The notes: generated by a model from the sequence alone, not told the origin. DNA of 32,084 nucleotides from an uncultured Planctomycetaceae bacterium (GCA_964440045.1 CAYTQR010000004.1:1-32084); one strand, 5' to 3'; shown: positions 7,738 to 18,075, numbered from the stretch's first letter. A program made the numbers and translations.

Positions 7738-8726
7738 TGAATTTTATTGACTGTCTTCCAGAATAATATTTCTGTTATCAGACGCAGATAGGCAATTTTG
7801 CCAAACTTTTTACGCGGCGATTTATCACATACCTTCTGCATAAAATCATAATATGCCTTGCCGACTTCTTCAATAGATGGGACTTTTATAGAAGAAGTAT
7901 AATCAGAATAATCATTTACGATTTTTTCAAGCAAAAGCGGTATGTCGGACGGTTTATCAAAAAGCTGACCGCCTTTTGCGACTATTTCCGGGTTGCTGCT
8001 TGAATTTGGCGCGATGGCAGGCAGGCCGCAATGCAACGCCTCGAGGAGCAGGTTTGAACAAGCTTCTATAGGCGAGGCAAAAATAAAAATATCGTCTTGC
8101 TTAAACTTTTCTGCGAGTCGGCTGCTGTTCAATGGCAGCAGATGCTGTATGTTTTTAAACTTGATGGGACTGTTTCCGATGAAAGTCATTTGATATTTTG
8201 AAAAATCCAGATTTTCATCGAGCCATTTATAAGTTTTAAAACCTTTATTCCAATTCGCCGACCAGCTCGCCGCAATTAATTTGATTTTTCGCGTCACTGA
8301 AAACTGCAACCTGCCATTCCTGTTGAAAACTTCTTCATCTGTCGCATTGTGTATAACAGTTTCGAAAGATTTTTCGGATAGTTTCAATTCATGGTTTTTC
8401 TGCTGCGACCAGTTAGACTGAAATATAGTTGCATCGGCAAGTAATTTATTAGCTGAAAATACCATATCATCACGTTTATCCGAAGGGCTATTGTAAATCT
8501 TCATCGGCCCGTCTATTCGATGAACAAATACCTTATCCGGAAATTTGAGTTTAAGTTTTGCTACTTCTGTAATATGATGATGGCTATTAAAAAGGATAAC
8601 ATCTGCCAGGGAACAATCCTCTTCATAAGTGCCAATGGATTGAAGATAATTTTTCAGGTATTTGAGGAACTGATTGCCACCGCCAGCAGGAGAAGAAACA
8701 GATTTGAATAAAATACAAATCTTCAT
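7728..8726 (-). CDS. Glycosyltransferase, GT4-like
   Basis: GGGNQF N-terminal loop, HRIDGP, WNKG, ASPIEACSNLLLEALHCGLP. Confidence 0.85.
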   Translation of the reverse strand: MKICILFKSVSSPAGGGNQFLKYLKNYLQSIGTYEEDCSLADVILFNSHHHITEVAKLKLKFPDKVFVHRIDGPMKIYNSPSDKRDDMVFSANKLLADATIFQSNWSQQKNHELKLSEKSFETVIHNATDEEVFNRNGRLQFSVTRKIKLIAASWSANWNKGFKTYKWLDENLDFSKYQMTFIGNSPIKFKNIQHLLPLNSSRLAEKFKQDDIFIFASPIEACSNLLLEALHCGLPAIAPNSSSNPEIVAKGGQLFDKPSDIPLLLEKIVNDYSDYTSSIKVPSIEEVGKAYYDFMQKVCDKSPRKKFGKIAYLRLITEILFWKTVNKIQCS

Positions 8727-9700
8727 TGCGATTGTTTTTTTTGCACTATAGTCAAATGCATATCACTGTCTTTGGTTAACTGACCCTCGATAAGTTCAAA
8801 ATTATCTCCGATAAAATCAAGAACAGAACCCCTCTGTCTGACTGCGTGCTGAGTATCAAGGCCTTTGCCTGAGCCTTTAATATAATCAAAAAACAAAAGG
8901 CCGCCCGGATTGAGCAGGTTATAGAAAATTTTTACTGTTTCGAGAGGCTGGTTAAGATGTTCAAAAACTGTAATACAGAATATCACATCGAGCTTGTCTG
9001 GTAGTTTTAATATAAAATCATTCTCAGGCTTGAGCAGAATTGGTATTACATTGGAACAATACCTGAACCTGTATGCGGCATAATGAAAAGCAAGAGTCGG
9101 TATGTCCGATACATACATTTTAAACTGCGATTCGGGTCTGTAAAATTCATAGAGCGAAGCGGTAACCGGTGCCGTGGCGCAGCCGAATTCAAGCATTTTA
9201 AGTTTTTTAAAATCAGCTCTGAGAACTGAAAGTTTTTGCAAAATTTTCAGCTGGTCTATAACTGTTTCTCTGCAAACCAGATGCAGTAACTGATAGATAA
9301 CTTCCGGACTTTGCCACGCCTGACAGTGCTCCTTCGAGTCATTGGTGTCACAGAGATGACTGCTCTGAAATTTAATTCTGTAAAGATTCTTCAGGAAATA
9401 CAAATCGTCAACGCCCCATAAAGGTCTGCCTTTTAAACAATCGGACCAGTATTTTCTGAACTCAAGAAACCAGCCCTGGTCAAGTCTTACCTGTCGAAAT
9501 CCTCTAAGAGCCAGACTGCGATATTTTGCCGGTATAAGGGGGCAGCGATAAATACGATGCAGGAAATCAGATGCAAAAGAAACTTTGTTGCAGGAATACT
9601 CGGGCTCTTTGACAAGCGGAAACTGGTCATAAAGCTTGGCGACATCAACTGCCATATTGTCGAAAAAATTCGGCTGCCGATTGCCTGATAACATATCCAT
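8723..9700 (-). CDS. Class I SAM-dependent methyltransferase (C-terminal domain)
   Basis: LEFGCATAP, VSDI, ITVFEHL, LLNPGGLLF. Confidence 0.8.
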   Translation of the reverse strand: MDMLSGNRQPNFFDNMAVDVAKLYDQFPLVKEPEYSCNKVSFASDFLHRIYRCPLIPAKYRSLALRGFRQVRLDQGWFLEFRKYWSDCLKGRPLWGVDDLYFLKNLYRIKFQSSHLCDTNDSKEHCQAWQSPEVIYQLLHLVCRETVIDQLKILQKLSVLRADFKKLKMLEFGCATAPVTASLYEFYRPESQFKMYVSDIPTLAFHYAAYRFRYCSNVIPILLKPENDFILKLPDKLDVIFCITVFEHLNQPLETVKIFYNLLNPGGLLFFDYIKGSGKGLDTQHAVRQRGSVLDFIGDNFELIEGQLTKDSDMHLTIVQKKQSQ

Positions 9701-9706
9701 TATTCT

Positions 9707-10801
9707 TCAGTCTCTTTCAGAATCAACAAACCCATTGAAAAAATCCCGCCACAATGGGATATGAGCGGTATAAGTATTTACTTTTGCAGTTTCAGCGGCA
9801 TTTACAATTATTTTTCTGCGAAGGTGTTCATCGCTCAAAACTTTTTTGCACGAACACGCAAGTGCTTCAGTATCTTCAACGTCCACTATCATGCCATTTT
9901 GTTCATTCTGAACCAAATCCACAGCCTGCCCGACACGAGTCGTAACCAGAGGCACACCGCAAGCCATTGATTCGAGCACTGATTTCGGTCCCCCTTCCTG
10001 CCTCGATGTAACCATATACAAATCAAGGCAATGATATAAGCTGCCTATTTTTGAATAGTCCTCAAGAAACACATGCTTATAGGGTACGGATAATTCTTCC
10101 AAACCTTTTTTGACATATCCCCTGGCAGGACCGGAAAGAATAACAAAAATCTCAGGTACAGAATTTTTTAATATTGATATGGTATTTAAAAATACATCAG
10201 GCCCTTTTACCATTTTAGGGTTAAGTCCCTCTCCCCAGCCGTCGCCGTCTTTTTGAAACGACCCAATCACAACGGCACTTTGCGGAATTTTCAATGTTTT
10301 TCTTGCCTGGCTTTTTAATTCAACCGTCTGGATAGAAAAATACTCGCCCTTAATCGCTATTGGTATCAGAAAAACTTTTTCAGGTTCAATACCGCTGTCC
10401 AGTATCAAATTTCTCATATAAGAATTAGAAGTTTGTATTCGTGTTACTTTATGATGATATTTTCTGAGATTGTTAAAGCAGACTTCAAACAGCTTTTTCC
10501 CAGAGCCGGGATAACCATGATAATAAGGAAAGGCTATACGGCATTTCGGCAATAGATACCTGCGAGGACGTCTCAAAAAATAAACGGACGGATAAAATAT
10601 CGCCTGTCTTGGAAAACCAACCGGTATTGGCCCTGATATGCGCCGTTTTATACCCAGTTTTTTTAATACCTCGGCCAGAGACTCAATTTCGCCGCTTGTA
10701 ACCCATTTGACCCCTTCCGTAACAAACAAGACATCTTTGTACGGTCTTGCAGAAAGACTTGCAAGAATATTTCTCAAAGTGGTAGGTTTTAGATTTACCA
10801 A
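9707..10801 (-). CDS. Glycosyltransferase family 4
   Basis: GSFQKDG..KGPD and TSRQEGGPKSVLESMACGVP. Confidence 0.88.
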   Translation of the reverse strand: MVNLKPTTLRNILASLSARPYKDVLFVTEGVKWVTSGEIESLAEVLKKLGIKRRISGPIPVGFPRQAIFYPSVYFLRRPRRYLLPKCRIAFPYYHGYPGSGKKLFEVCFNNLRKYHHKVTRIQTSNSYMRNLILDSGIEPEKVFLIPIAIKGEYFSIQTVELKSQARKTLKIPQSAVVIGSFQKDGDGWGEGLNPKMVKGPDVFLNTISILKNSVPEIFVILSGPARGYVKKGLEELSVPYKHVFLEDYSKIGSLYHCLDLYMVTSRQEGGPKSVLESMACGVPLVTTRVGQAVDLVQNEQNGMIVDVEDTEALACSCKKVLSDEHLRRKIIVNAAETAKVNTYTAHIPLWRDFFNGFVDSERD

Positions 10802-10808
10802 AGTCTTA

Positions 10809-12248
10809 TCAAGCCTTATTCAGCTTCCATTTCCCCGGTAAAAATCTTTTTATTTGTTTGGATAAGATAGATGTGCTGCGCTCAAGGAAGTAGGCAGGGC
10901 TGAGCAGGAAAAAAATCAAAGCCGATTTAATTAAACTATACTGCCTGAATTTCGGACTTATTATATTGCCGACTAAATCTCTTTTTGCAGAATATCTGTC
11001 ATTAAACTTAAAATCTTTGTTGCTTATCCATTCGTAATCTGGATTAAGTTCCAGAAATTCAGCACATTCTTCTGTACCGGGATAAATATCAATACCGATA
11101 CCCATATAATATTCACTGCGTTTGAGTTTGAGTTTTTTAATCAGTCTTACTGTTTTTAAGGTATCAAAAAAAGTTTCACCCGGCGTAGAAGACATAAAAG
11201 ACAGACGAAAATTAATACCGTATTTCCTCAAAAGCTCAAGATTAGGCGCGAGTTTCCCAAGTTTTATTCCTTTTTTAAGATTCCTGAGAACTTTTTCACT
11301 GCCTGATTCAACCCCGATAAACAATAGTTTAAAACCTGCCTTTGCAAGGGTTGCTATGAGTTCTTCATCTAGGCCATCGAGCCTTGAATGCGCAGAAAAA
11401 TCAAGCTTTATGTCATTATCAATAATTGACCTGCATAAATTCATGCAATACTGTTTTTTAAGGGTAATTGATTCATCTCTGAACCTCACACTTTTGATAT
11501 CAGGATTGGCACCTATCAACAAAGTCAATTCTCTTACAACCGATTCTACCCCGCGAGTCCTGTGAGTCTTTTGCCAATAATGATTACAATCGCAGAAAGT
11601 ACAGTGAAATGGACATCCCCTTGCACTAATAATATCAGCGTGAGTAAGGGATTTAGCAGCTTGCTGTGATGCGAAATAAGCTCTGTTAATAATTGGCAGA
11701 GATTCGAGATTATCGAGAAGGACAGTTTTCTGATTTTCTATTATTTTGCCGTTTTTCCGCCAGACAAGATTCGGCACATCTGTAAAGTCCGAATTTCCTG
11801 TGAGACATTTTTCACAAAGCATTTTAAATGGTATCTCGCCTTCGAACTTCACAACAGCATCAATTGCACTGCATTTTGAAAGGCACTCTTTGGCTATATA
11901 AGAGACATGATTACCGCCGGTAACGATGAAGCAATCGGATAGTTCCCGTTTTATTGCCTCAGCCCAGAATAAACAATTGTACATATTCGAGGCATAAGTA
12001 CTCATTGCTACCATATCAGGCGAAAAATCCAGAATTTGTTTCAAAATCTCATCATCAACCTTCAAATAACGCTGCAATATTTTTTCAGCAGGCTGGTTTA
12101 ATTCAATCCCCCTGATCTGGTAATCAGGCCAATCCACAAAAGAAGCAAGGCTTACAAGTCCAAATGGTATAACAACCTGGTCATAGAAGAAGGAAGTTGA
12201 ACTGACACTCAATAGTAAAATTCTGAATTTTCTATTTTTATAGTCCAT
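10809..12248 (-). CDS. Cobalamin (B12)-binding radical SAM protein, class B methyltransferase-like
   Basis: N-terminal B12-binding domain (PFGL..LAS, GGNH, FEGE), SARGCPFHCTFC (CxxxCxxC), GVESGS. Confidence 0.9.
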   Translation of the reverse strand: MDYKNRKFRILLLSVSSTSFFYDQVVIPFGLVSLASFVDWPDYQIRGIELNQPAEKILQRYLKVDDEILKQILDFSPDMVAMSTYASNMYNCLFWAEAIKRELSDCFIVTGGNHVSYIAKECLSKCSAIDAVVKFEGEIPFKMLCEKCLTGNSDFTDVPNLVWRKNGKIIENQKTVLLDNLESLPIINRAYFASQQAAKSLTHADIISARGCPFHCTFCDCNHYWQKTHRTRGVESVVRELTLLIGANPDIKSVRFRDESITLKKQYCMNLCRSIIDNDIKLDFSAHSRLDGLDEELIATLAKAGFKLLFIGVESGSEKVLRNLKKGIKLGKLAPNLELLRKYGINFRLSFMSSTPGETFFDTLKTVRLIKKLKLKRSEYYMGIGIDIYPGTEECAEFLELNPDYEWISNKDFKFNDRYSAKRDLVGNIISPKFRQYSLIKSALIFFLLSPAYFLERSTSILSKQIKRFLPGKWKLNKA

Positions 12249-12283
12249 TTGATTTCAGGGAATGTCAACGATAAAGCAGTAGA

Positions 12284-13270
12284 TTATAACGACACTTTCT
12301 TTTTGGATAGATATTCGATATCGTGGTCGACCATTTCAGTAACCAGTTGCTCAAAGGAAATGGTCGGCTCCCACCCGAGAATTTTTTTTGCTTTAGAATA
12401 ATCGCCTTGCAGAACATCCACCTCTGCCGGCCTAAAAAATTTCGGATCGCTGGCGACATGTTTTTCGTAATCCAGTCCGACATAAGAAAATGCTTTTTCG
12501 CAAAATTCTTTGACCGAATGCGTTTTGCCCGTACATATCACAAAATCATCCGGTTTTTTATATTGAAGCATCATCCACATCACCTTTACATAATCTTTTG
12601 CGTGCCCCCAGTCTCTTTTTGCTTCGAGATTTCCAAGCAAGAGTTTATCTTTAAGTCCAAGTTTAATCATTGCAACATGCGATGTTATCTTTCGAGTAAC
12701 AAATTCAAACCCTCTTCTAGGCGATTCGTGGTTATATAAAATACCGCAACAGGCGAAAAGGTTATAGGCCTCTCGGTAATTTCTTGTAAGATCAAATCCT
12801 GCGCTTTTTGAAATACCGTAAACACTTCGAGGATGAAAAGGTGTTTCTTCGTTTTGTGGTACTTCATGAACCTTTCCAAACATTTCGCTCGAGGCAGCAA
12901 AATAGAATTTGGCGTTTGGTGCAATATCGTGAACTGCGGAGAGAAGATAATGGCTACCGCTTATATTCGACTGCAGTGTTGAAAACTCGTCCTCGAAGCT
13001 GTATGAAACAAAACTCTGTGCGGCAAGATGATAAACCTCATCCGGTTTGATGGAAGAAACAGCTTTATAAACCGACGGATAACTTTCGAGCGAACCTGAA
13101 ACAAGCTCTATGTTATCCAGCAGATGTATAATTCTGCTCATCCTGTGCTCAGCATCTTCGAGGGCAACACGCCGCACTAAACCATAAACTTTATATCCCT
13201 TCTCGAGTAGCAATTCTGCAAGGTAGGAGCCATCCTGACCTGTAATACCTGTTATAAAAGCTTTTTTCAT
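12284..13270 (-). CDS. gmd: GDP-mannose 4,6-dehydratase
   Basis: KAFITGITGQDGSYLAELLL, HLAAQSFV, ASSEMFG, YGISK, NHESPRRG.EFVTRKI, RDWGHA. Confidence 0.95.
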   Translation of the reverse strand: MKKAFITGITGQDGSYLAELLLEKGYKVYGLVRRVALEDAEHRMSRIIHLLDNIELVSGSLESYPSVYKAVSSIKPDEVYHLAAQSFVSYSFEDEFSTLQSNISGSHYLLSAVHDIAPNAKFYFAASSEMFGKVHEVPQNEETPFHPRSVYGISKSAGFDLTRNYREAYNLFACCGILYNHESPRRGFEFVTRKITSHVAMIKLGLKDKLLLGNLEAKRDWGHAKDYVKVMWMMLQYKKPDDFVICTGKTHSVKEFCEKAFSYVGLDYEKHVASDPKFFRPAEVDVLQGDYSKAKKILGWEPTISFEQLVTEMVDHDIEYLSKKKVSL

Positions 13271-13272
13271 AA

Positions 13273-15108
13273 TCACACCTGCACATTCTGAAGTTTGAGA
13301 TAATTTCTAAACGTTTCACTTTCAGCCAACAACTGCTTGAAGGATCCTTTTGCCTTTATTTGGCCATCCTCAATAAAGTAAAGGATATCCGCATCTCTAA
13401 CAGAAGACAAACGATGAGAAATATTAATAATTGTTTTGCCTTCATTCTTTAACCGGCTTATTGTGCCAGCGATTAGTTTTTCGCTTTCGAGGTCAATGGA
13501 GCTTGTCGCCTCATCAAGGACAATAACTTGAGGATTTCTTGACAATGCTCTGGCAATGGCGATTCTTTGTCTTTGCCCACCTGAAACAGAATAACCCAGC
13601 GAACCAACCCGGGTCTCATAACCAGCAGACAGTTTATTTATAAATTCATCGGCATTGGCCATTTTAGCTGATTTGACAACATCCTCCATAGATATATTAT
13701 CAACTCCATAAGCAATATTAAATTTTATACTTTCATTGAACAATGCCGTACTTTGGTCGACTAAGCCGACAAGGTCTCTCCACGAATAAATGTCATAATC
13801 TTTTAAGTTGTCCGCATCAAGAAATATATTACCACTGCTTGGAGTAAATAATCTTATGATAAGGCCAACTACAGTGCTTTTTCCTGAGCCCGATGGGCCG
13901 ATAAATGCCACATGCTGGCCAGCATTGATTTCAAATGAAACATCCTTGAGGACAGGGGTGCCCTGCTCGTATTCAAAATTAACTTTATCAAATATTATTT
14001 TGTGGGGAGGATTCTTAAGCTTAATACTGCCATTTTTCTGTTCGTATTTGCTGAACTTGCTCAATGAGCTTTTTATCAGCAATACACTTCCATATACTTT
14101 ACTTATGGTCGAGAATGCGGTACTTATACTTTGCGATATCGGTGCAAGTCTGACAAAAACTATGACAAAAAGCAGAATCCATAGCGGCTTCGCATCGGCA
14201 TCTTTATGCAAATACAGGCCTATAAATATCACTACCAGAGGCAGTATTATTCCTATTACACGGTTCAAGGGACCTATAAGTGAATTGCATTTCAGCATTT
14301 GCCATTCTTTTTCGTAGACATTATCTATGCTCTGTTTAAACCGCAAGGTTTCAAAATCGAATGTCTTGAAAAGATGAATAATTTTTATCGAATTCAACAC
14401 TTCCACTATAATTGAGCCGAGAAATGCACGTGACTGTGCTCTGCTAAAACTCGTGTGCCTGATAAATTTGATGAGCTTGTAAACAGGTATTAAAGTAACT
14501 ACCAATAAAATAAGCACTATGCACGTTAACCTGGCTGATATCATCGAAAGGAAAAAGATATATACCCCTCCCATAACTACTGCTGTTATAAGCTGCAGCG
14601 CTCCCCTATAAAGAAATCTTATATTCCCGCATTCAACAACAATAAGATTTTGAAGATAACCTATCTTGTATTGAAACACCTTCGTTATGTCCGCAAATAT
14701 AATGTTGCGAAACAACTTTTCCTTCCAATGATTGCTTAGCTTCAGAGAAATCGATTCTTCCGTCATTCGCTTTATTACTGTCAAAACTGCACTAACCAAA
14801 CCGCAAATACTCAGAAAAAGCCCAATCATAATAAACTGCCTGTATCCCTGCCATTGGTTAATCCAATCCTGAAATGGTTTTAAGGCCTGAACAGGAATTG
14901 TTATGCCGCCTTTAACCCCTCCAACCACTTTTTGCAATATTGGAATCAGCATAGAGATACTGATGCTTTCAAATAAAACCGTCAGAATCCCCAAAAAAAC
15001 CAGAAACCAGACCTTAAGCAGCGGATGCGGCGTGCCTTCAGAAAATACCTCCACAACATTTCTTGCAACAACAAGTTCTTCTTTAAATTTCGAAATAATT
15101 TTTTTCAT
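13273..15108 (-). CDS. ABC exporter, fused permease/ATPase (MsbA/PglK-like glycan flippase)
   Basis: N-terminal TM helices, Walker A GPSGSGKST, signature VSGGQRQR, Walker B VLDEATS, ISHRL. Confidence 0.92.
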   Translation of the reverse strand: MKKIISKFKEELVVARNVVEVFSEGTPHPLLKVWFLVFLGILTVLFESISISMLIPILQKVVGGVKGGITIPVQALKPFQDWINQWQGYRQFIMIGLFLSICGLVSAVLTVIKRMTEESISLKLSNHWKEKLFRNIIFADITKVFQYKIGYLQNLIVVECGNIRFLYRGALQLITAVVMGGVYIFFLSMISARLTCIVLILLVVTLIPVYKLIKFIRHTSFSRAQSRAFLGSIIVEVLNSIKIIHLFKTFDFETLRFKQSIDNVYEKEWQMLKCNSLIGPLNRVIGIILPLVVIFIGLYLHKDADAKPLWILLFVIVFVRLAPISQSISTAFSTISKVYGSVLLIKSSLSKFSKYEQKNGSIKLKNPPHKIIFDKVNFEYEQGTPVLKDVSFEINAGQHVAFIGPSGSGKSTVVGLIIRLFTPSSGNIFLDADNLKDYDIYSWRDLVGLVDQSTALFNESIKFNIAYGVDNISMEDVVKSAKMANADEFINKLSAGYETRVGSLGYSVSGGQRQRIAIARALSRNPQVIVLDEATSSIDLESEKLIAGTISRLKNEGKTIINISHRLSSVRDADILYFIEDGQIKAKGSFKQLLAESETFRNYLKLQNVQV

Positions 15109-15127
15109 TGTTTCACGGAAATATTTA

Positions 15128-16561
15128 CTAACCTGATTTAGCCGGCAATAATAATTCTTGAAGGGCTTCGATTATCCTCTGCTGAGCCTTTGCGTCTGAG
15201 CATTCGGCAATATTATTACCTATCAATCTTAATTCCTGACTGTATCTGCTTAAGTCTCCCGAAAGCAGCATATTTATCCCATTAAAAAATTCATTAAAAT
15301 TGTTTGCTAAAAAGTTACCATTGGTTTTTAACAGGGGCACCAAATGAATATTAGTTCTTATCCATTCGTTTTTACCCGGCATTTCATTGCCGTTTTTATC
15401 GCATCCAAAATTAATCAGAATGGAAGGTTTACCCTGCAATGAAGCTTCAAGAACCATAGTAGAATAAACTGAAACCGTTCCGTCTGCTGCATTTACAAGA
15501 GAAGGAAAAAACTCCAGCATCTTTTTGTCAACTGAAAACCCAAACTTGCGATGACTAATTAATTCTTTGACCATATCATCTACATAAACATTCAAACAGT
15601 TATCGAAAGCAGGAGAAGTCAACCGTTCGGACCACATTGCTCGGGGATGAGGCCGATACCAGATTAAAACGTTGGGGTATTTGTCTCGAAGGAATTGAGC
15701 CATTTTTATGACAATTTCCGGTTCTTCTGCAAATTTATTGAACGAAGTTCCCGCAAAAAGAATCATCCTCTTTGACGGGTCGATGGATCTTTGAGACAAA
15801 AATTCATCTCTCTTAACTATAGACGCAGGATTAAAATACTGATCAAAATGAGGAGGACCTGTTACAATAATATTCTCCATGGAAATATTGTGCTCTTTCT
15901 GTGCTATCGGAATATCTTCTTTGCCCCAGACAAAAATCTTATCCGGCTCAAAAAGGAACATGCCTTTAGATGTCAGGTTGTCCCAGCTGGCCACAAAATT
16001 CACCACGGTTATCCCCCTTGCCCTGGCAGCTTTTATCAGTTCAACATCCTTTTGCTCATGTATCAGTGTAGGACAAAATACAAGTGCCGGTTTTTTGCTT
16101 TCGATAAAATCTGCCGCTTTTTTGTTTTCCGGTATATGTTTTTCGATAAACCGTGAAATCTTTTCAAGATTCAGAAACAGCCCCAAAAATCCATAAAAGA
16201 TATACTTGGGCGCAATAGACAAATATCTCTTCCATGAAAGACTCATATAATTAAACATTACAGAATAGTATCTGTTTTTGTAGGTTTGGTTAAATCGACA
16301 ACGATACACCATGGAAGCTGTTCTATAACTATTCAAAAGCCAATGGCGAAATTTTCCTTTCTGGAAAAATTCCAATGAATGAAGCTCATAATTCGTCCGA
16401 TTTGCCGCTTCTGCTCTTATAAAATCAAAATAGCCGTCATGAACAACAATTACCAGATTAACTTTTTCAAGCAGCTTTTTTAAAAAGCCGGACGATATGA
16501 AGTTGCGAACATGTAAGGGGCCCTGCAATATAAATAATATAGTCGGCAAATTATCATTCAT
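15128..16561 (-). CDS. Putative CMP-nonulosonate transferase or CDP-glycerophosphotransferase-like GT-B protein
   Basis: SWDNLTSKG, VTGPPHFD, RPHP, STMVLEASLQGKP. Lies directly after the NeuA fusion. Start placed at ATG 16561 (ORF track 16573). Confidence 0.6.
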   Translation of the reverse strand: MNDNLPTILFILQGPLHVRNFISSGFLKKLLEKVNLVIVVHDGYFDFIRAEAANRTNYELHSLEFFQKGKFRHWLLNSYRTASMVYRCRFNQTYKNRYYSVMFNYMSLSWKRYLSIAPKYIFYGFLGLFLNLEKISRFIEKHIPENKKAADFIESKKPALVFCPTLIHEQKDVELIKAARARGITVVNFVASWDNLTSKGMFLFEPDKIFVWGKEDIPIAQKEHNISMENIIVTGPPHFDQYFNPASIVKRDEFLSQRSIDPSKRMILFAGTSFNKFAEEPEIVIKMAQFLRDKYPNVLIWYRPHPRAMWSERLTSPAFDNCLNVYVDDMVKELISHRKFGFSVDKKMLEFFPSLVNAADGTVSVYSTMVLEASLQGKPSILINFGCDKNGNEMPGKNEWIRTNIHLVPLLKTNGNFLANNFNEFFNGINMLLSGDLSRYSQELRLIGNNIAECSDAKAQQRIIEALQELLLPAKSG

Positions 16562-16626
16562 GGTATTTCTCAAATTTTATCGCGACATGAATACATCATA
16601 TGAATCTTAAAACCAGGAAAAGTTTT

Positions 16627-18075
16627 TCAGTCCTCTCTAAAAAAATGATAAATTCCCTTGGAACCGTTAAAAAGCTGGTCGGAATGAAAACAGGAAATAT
16701 TTTTTAACCATACGAGCAACTCATCAACTTTATCATTTCTAAGCCCGGCATCTCCAAGAGCATTATTCAGTCTCCTCTGCATATCGATTATCATATCTTC
16801 TCCATGCGCCAAACTGTGCCTAAAGGTACGCCACTTTAACTTCAGTCCCAGCTGCCCGGCCCACTGGGTCATATCAAAAGGACACAAAAAGTGCTTGTCA
16901 GTAAGCGACATCGGTACATCAAGAAGTGTTTTCAACGTCATCCACACTATCCCTCTGATATTTATAAATGAAGGACATGTTACAATAATATGACCTTCGT
17001 TTTTAATATGCCTGCTCAGGTTTGAAAGAACTCCAAACGGGTCTTCCGTATGCTCAATCACTTCCTGTAAAACAATACAATCAAACCTGTCATGAATATC
17101 TTCAAAAGTTCCTTCCTTAAATTCCAGATTTGCCTTTTTGTGTTTCGCTGAAGCTATTTCTATTGCATTTTTACTGAAATCCATTGCCAAAACACTATCG
17201 GCTCCGGCATCAGCTATGCAACTGGCGGTTTCACCGGTGCCGCAGCCGATTTCAAGTACCTCAAGCCCTTTCCAATCTAACTCAGACAATACTTCTTTTG
17301 TCACATCCAAAGTATCAAAGCTGAAAAATTTTTCTTTGCCGTCTTTATAAACGTCTTCATAAAGAGATTTCAACTCGCTACTTTCTTTTTTCCGGCACAG
17401 GAAATATTCTGCCGTCACAAAATCCGCCTCAGTATCAATATTCACAGACCTTTGTGGCGGCATAATATAACTGAGACATTTGCGGCCTTTGAAACTGCCC
17501 TGATTCATCAGTACATCTCTTCTGGTGGCATAAATTGCGCCATTAACCATATATACTTTCGGTAAAAGCTGCCGAGGCGGGTTTTCTACCGGCGGCGGCT
17601 GATAGTCGACTAAAAATCCATTTTCAATCTTTTTCATTTTCATCGGATGCCAGTTATCAACATCAACTACGCTGATAACACTATCAGCTTCCGACTCGAT
17701 GAGCATGTTAAGGGCTTCGGTTAAATCCCGGCTTGTTTTTAAGGGGGTTGTAGGCTGAAGCATTATAATATAATCATACTTAATTCCCTTAAGCTGTTCC
17801 ATTTCTCCTGCAGCATGCTGAATCGTGGGAACGGCCAAAGCTGTATCTGTTGCCAATTCAGCCGGCCGAAGAAAAGGAGCCTGTGCACCATTTTCCAGGG
17901 CAATTTTTCTAATTTGCTCATTATCTGTACTAACAACCAAATCTGTGATTAAGGTGCATTCACGAGCCGTTTGCAACGTATAAACAATTAATGGTTTTGA
18001 AGCCAGCGGACGTATATTTTTCAATTTTATGCCTTTTGAACCACCTCTGGCTGGAACAACACCAAGTATCTTCAT
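16627..18075 (-). CDS. neuA: Acylneuraminate cytidylyltransferase (NeuA family) fused to a C-terminal class I SAM methyltransferase
   Basis: VPARGGSKGIKLKN, LQPTTPL, NGAIY, NIDTEADF in about the first 228 aa, then LEIGCGTG, MDFS, EVIEH, EGHIIVTCP. Confidence 0.88.
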   Translation of the reverse strand: MKILGVVPARGGSKGIKLKNIRPLASKPLIVYTLQTARECTLITDLVVSTDNEQIRKIALENGAQAPFLRPAELATDTALAVPTIQHAAGEMEQLKGIKYDYIIMLQPTTPLKTSRDLTEALNMLIESEADSVISVVDVDNWHPMKMKKIENGFLVDYQPPPVENPPRQLLPKVYMVNGAIYATRRDVLMNQGSFKGRKCLSYIMPPQRSVNIDTEADFVTAEYFLCRKKESSELKSLYEDVYKDGKEKFFSFDTLDVTKEVLSELDWKGLEVLEIGCGTGETASCIADAGADSVLAMDFSKNAIEIASAKHKKANLEFKEGTFEDIHDRFDCIVLQEVIEHTEDPFGVLSNLSRHIKNEGHIIVTCPSFINIRGIVWMTLKTLLDVPMSLTDKHFLCPFDMTQWAGQLGLKLKWRTFRHSLAHGEDMIIDMQRRLNNALGDAGLRNDKVDELLVWLKNISCFHSDQLFNGSKGIYHFFRED

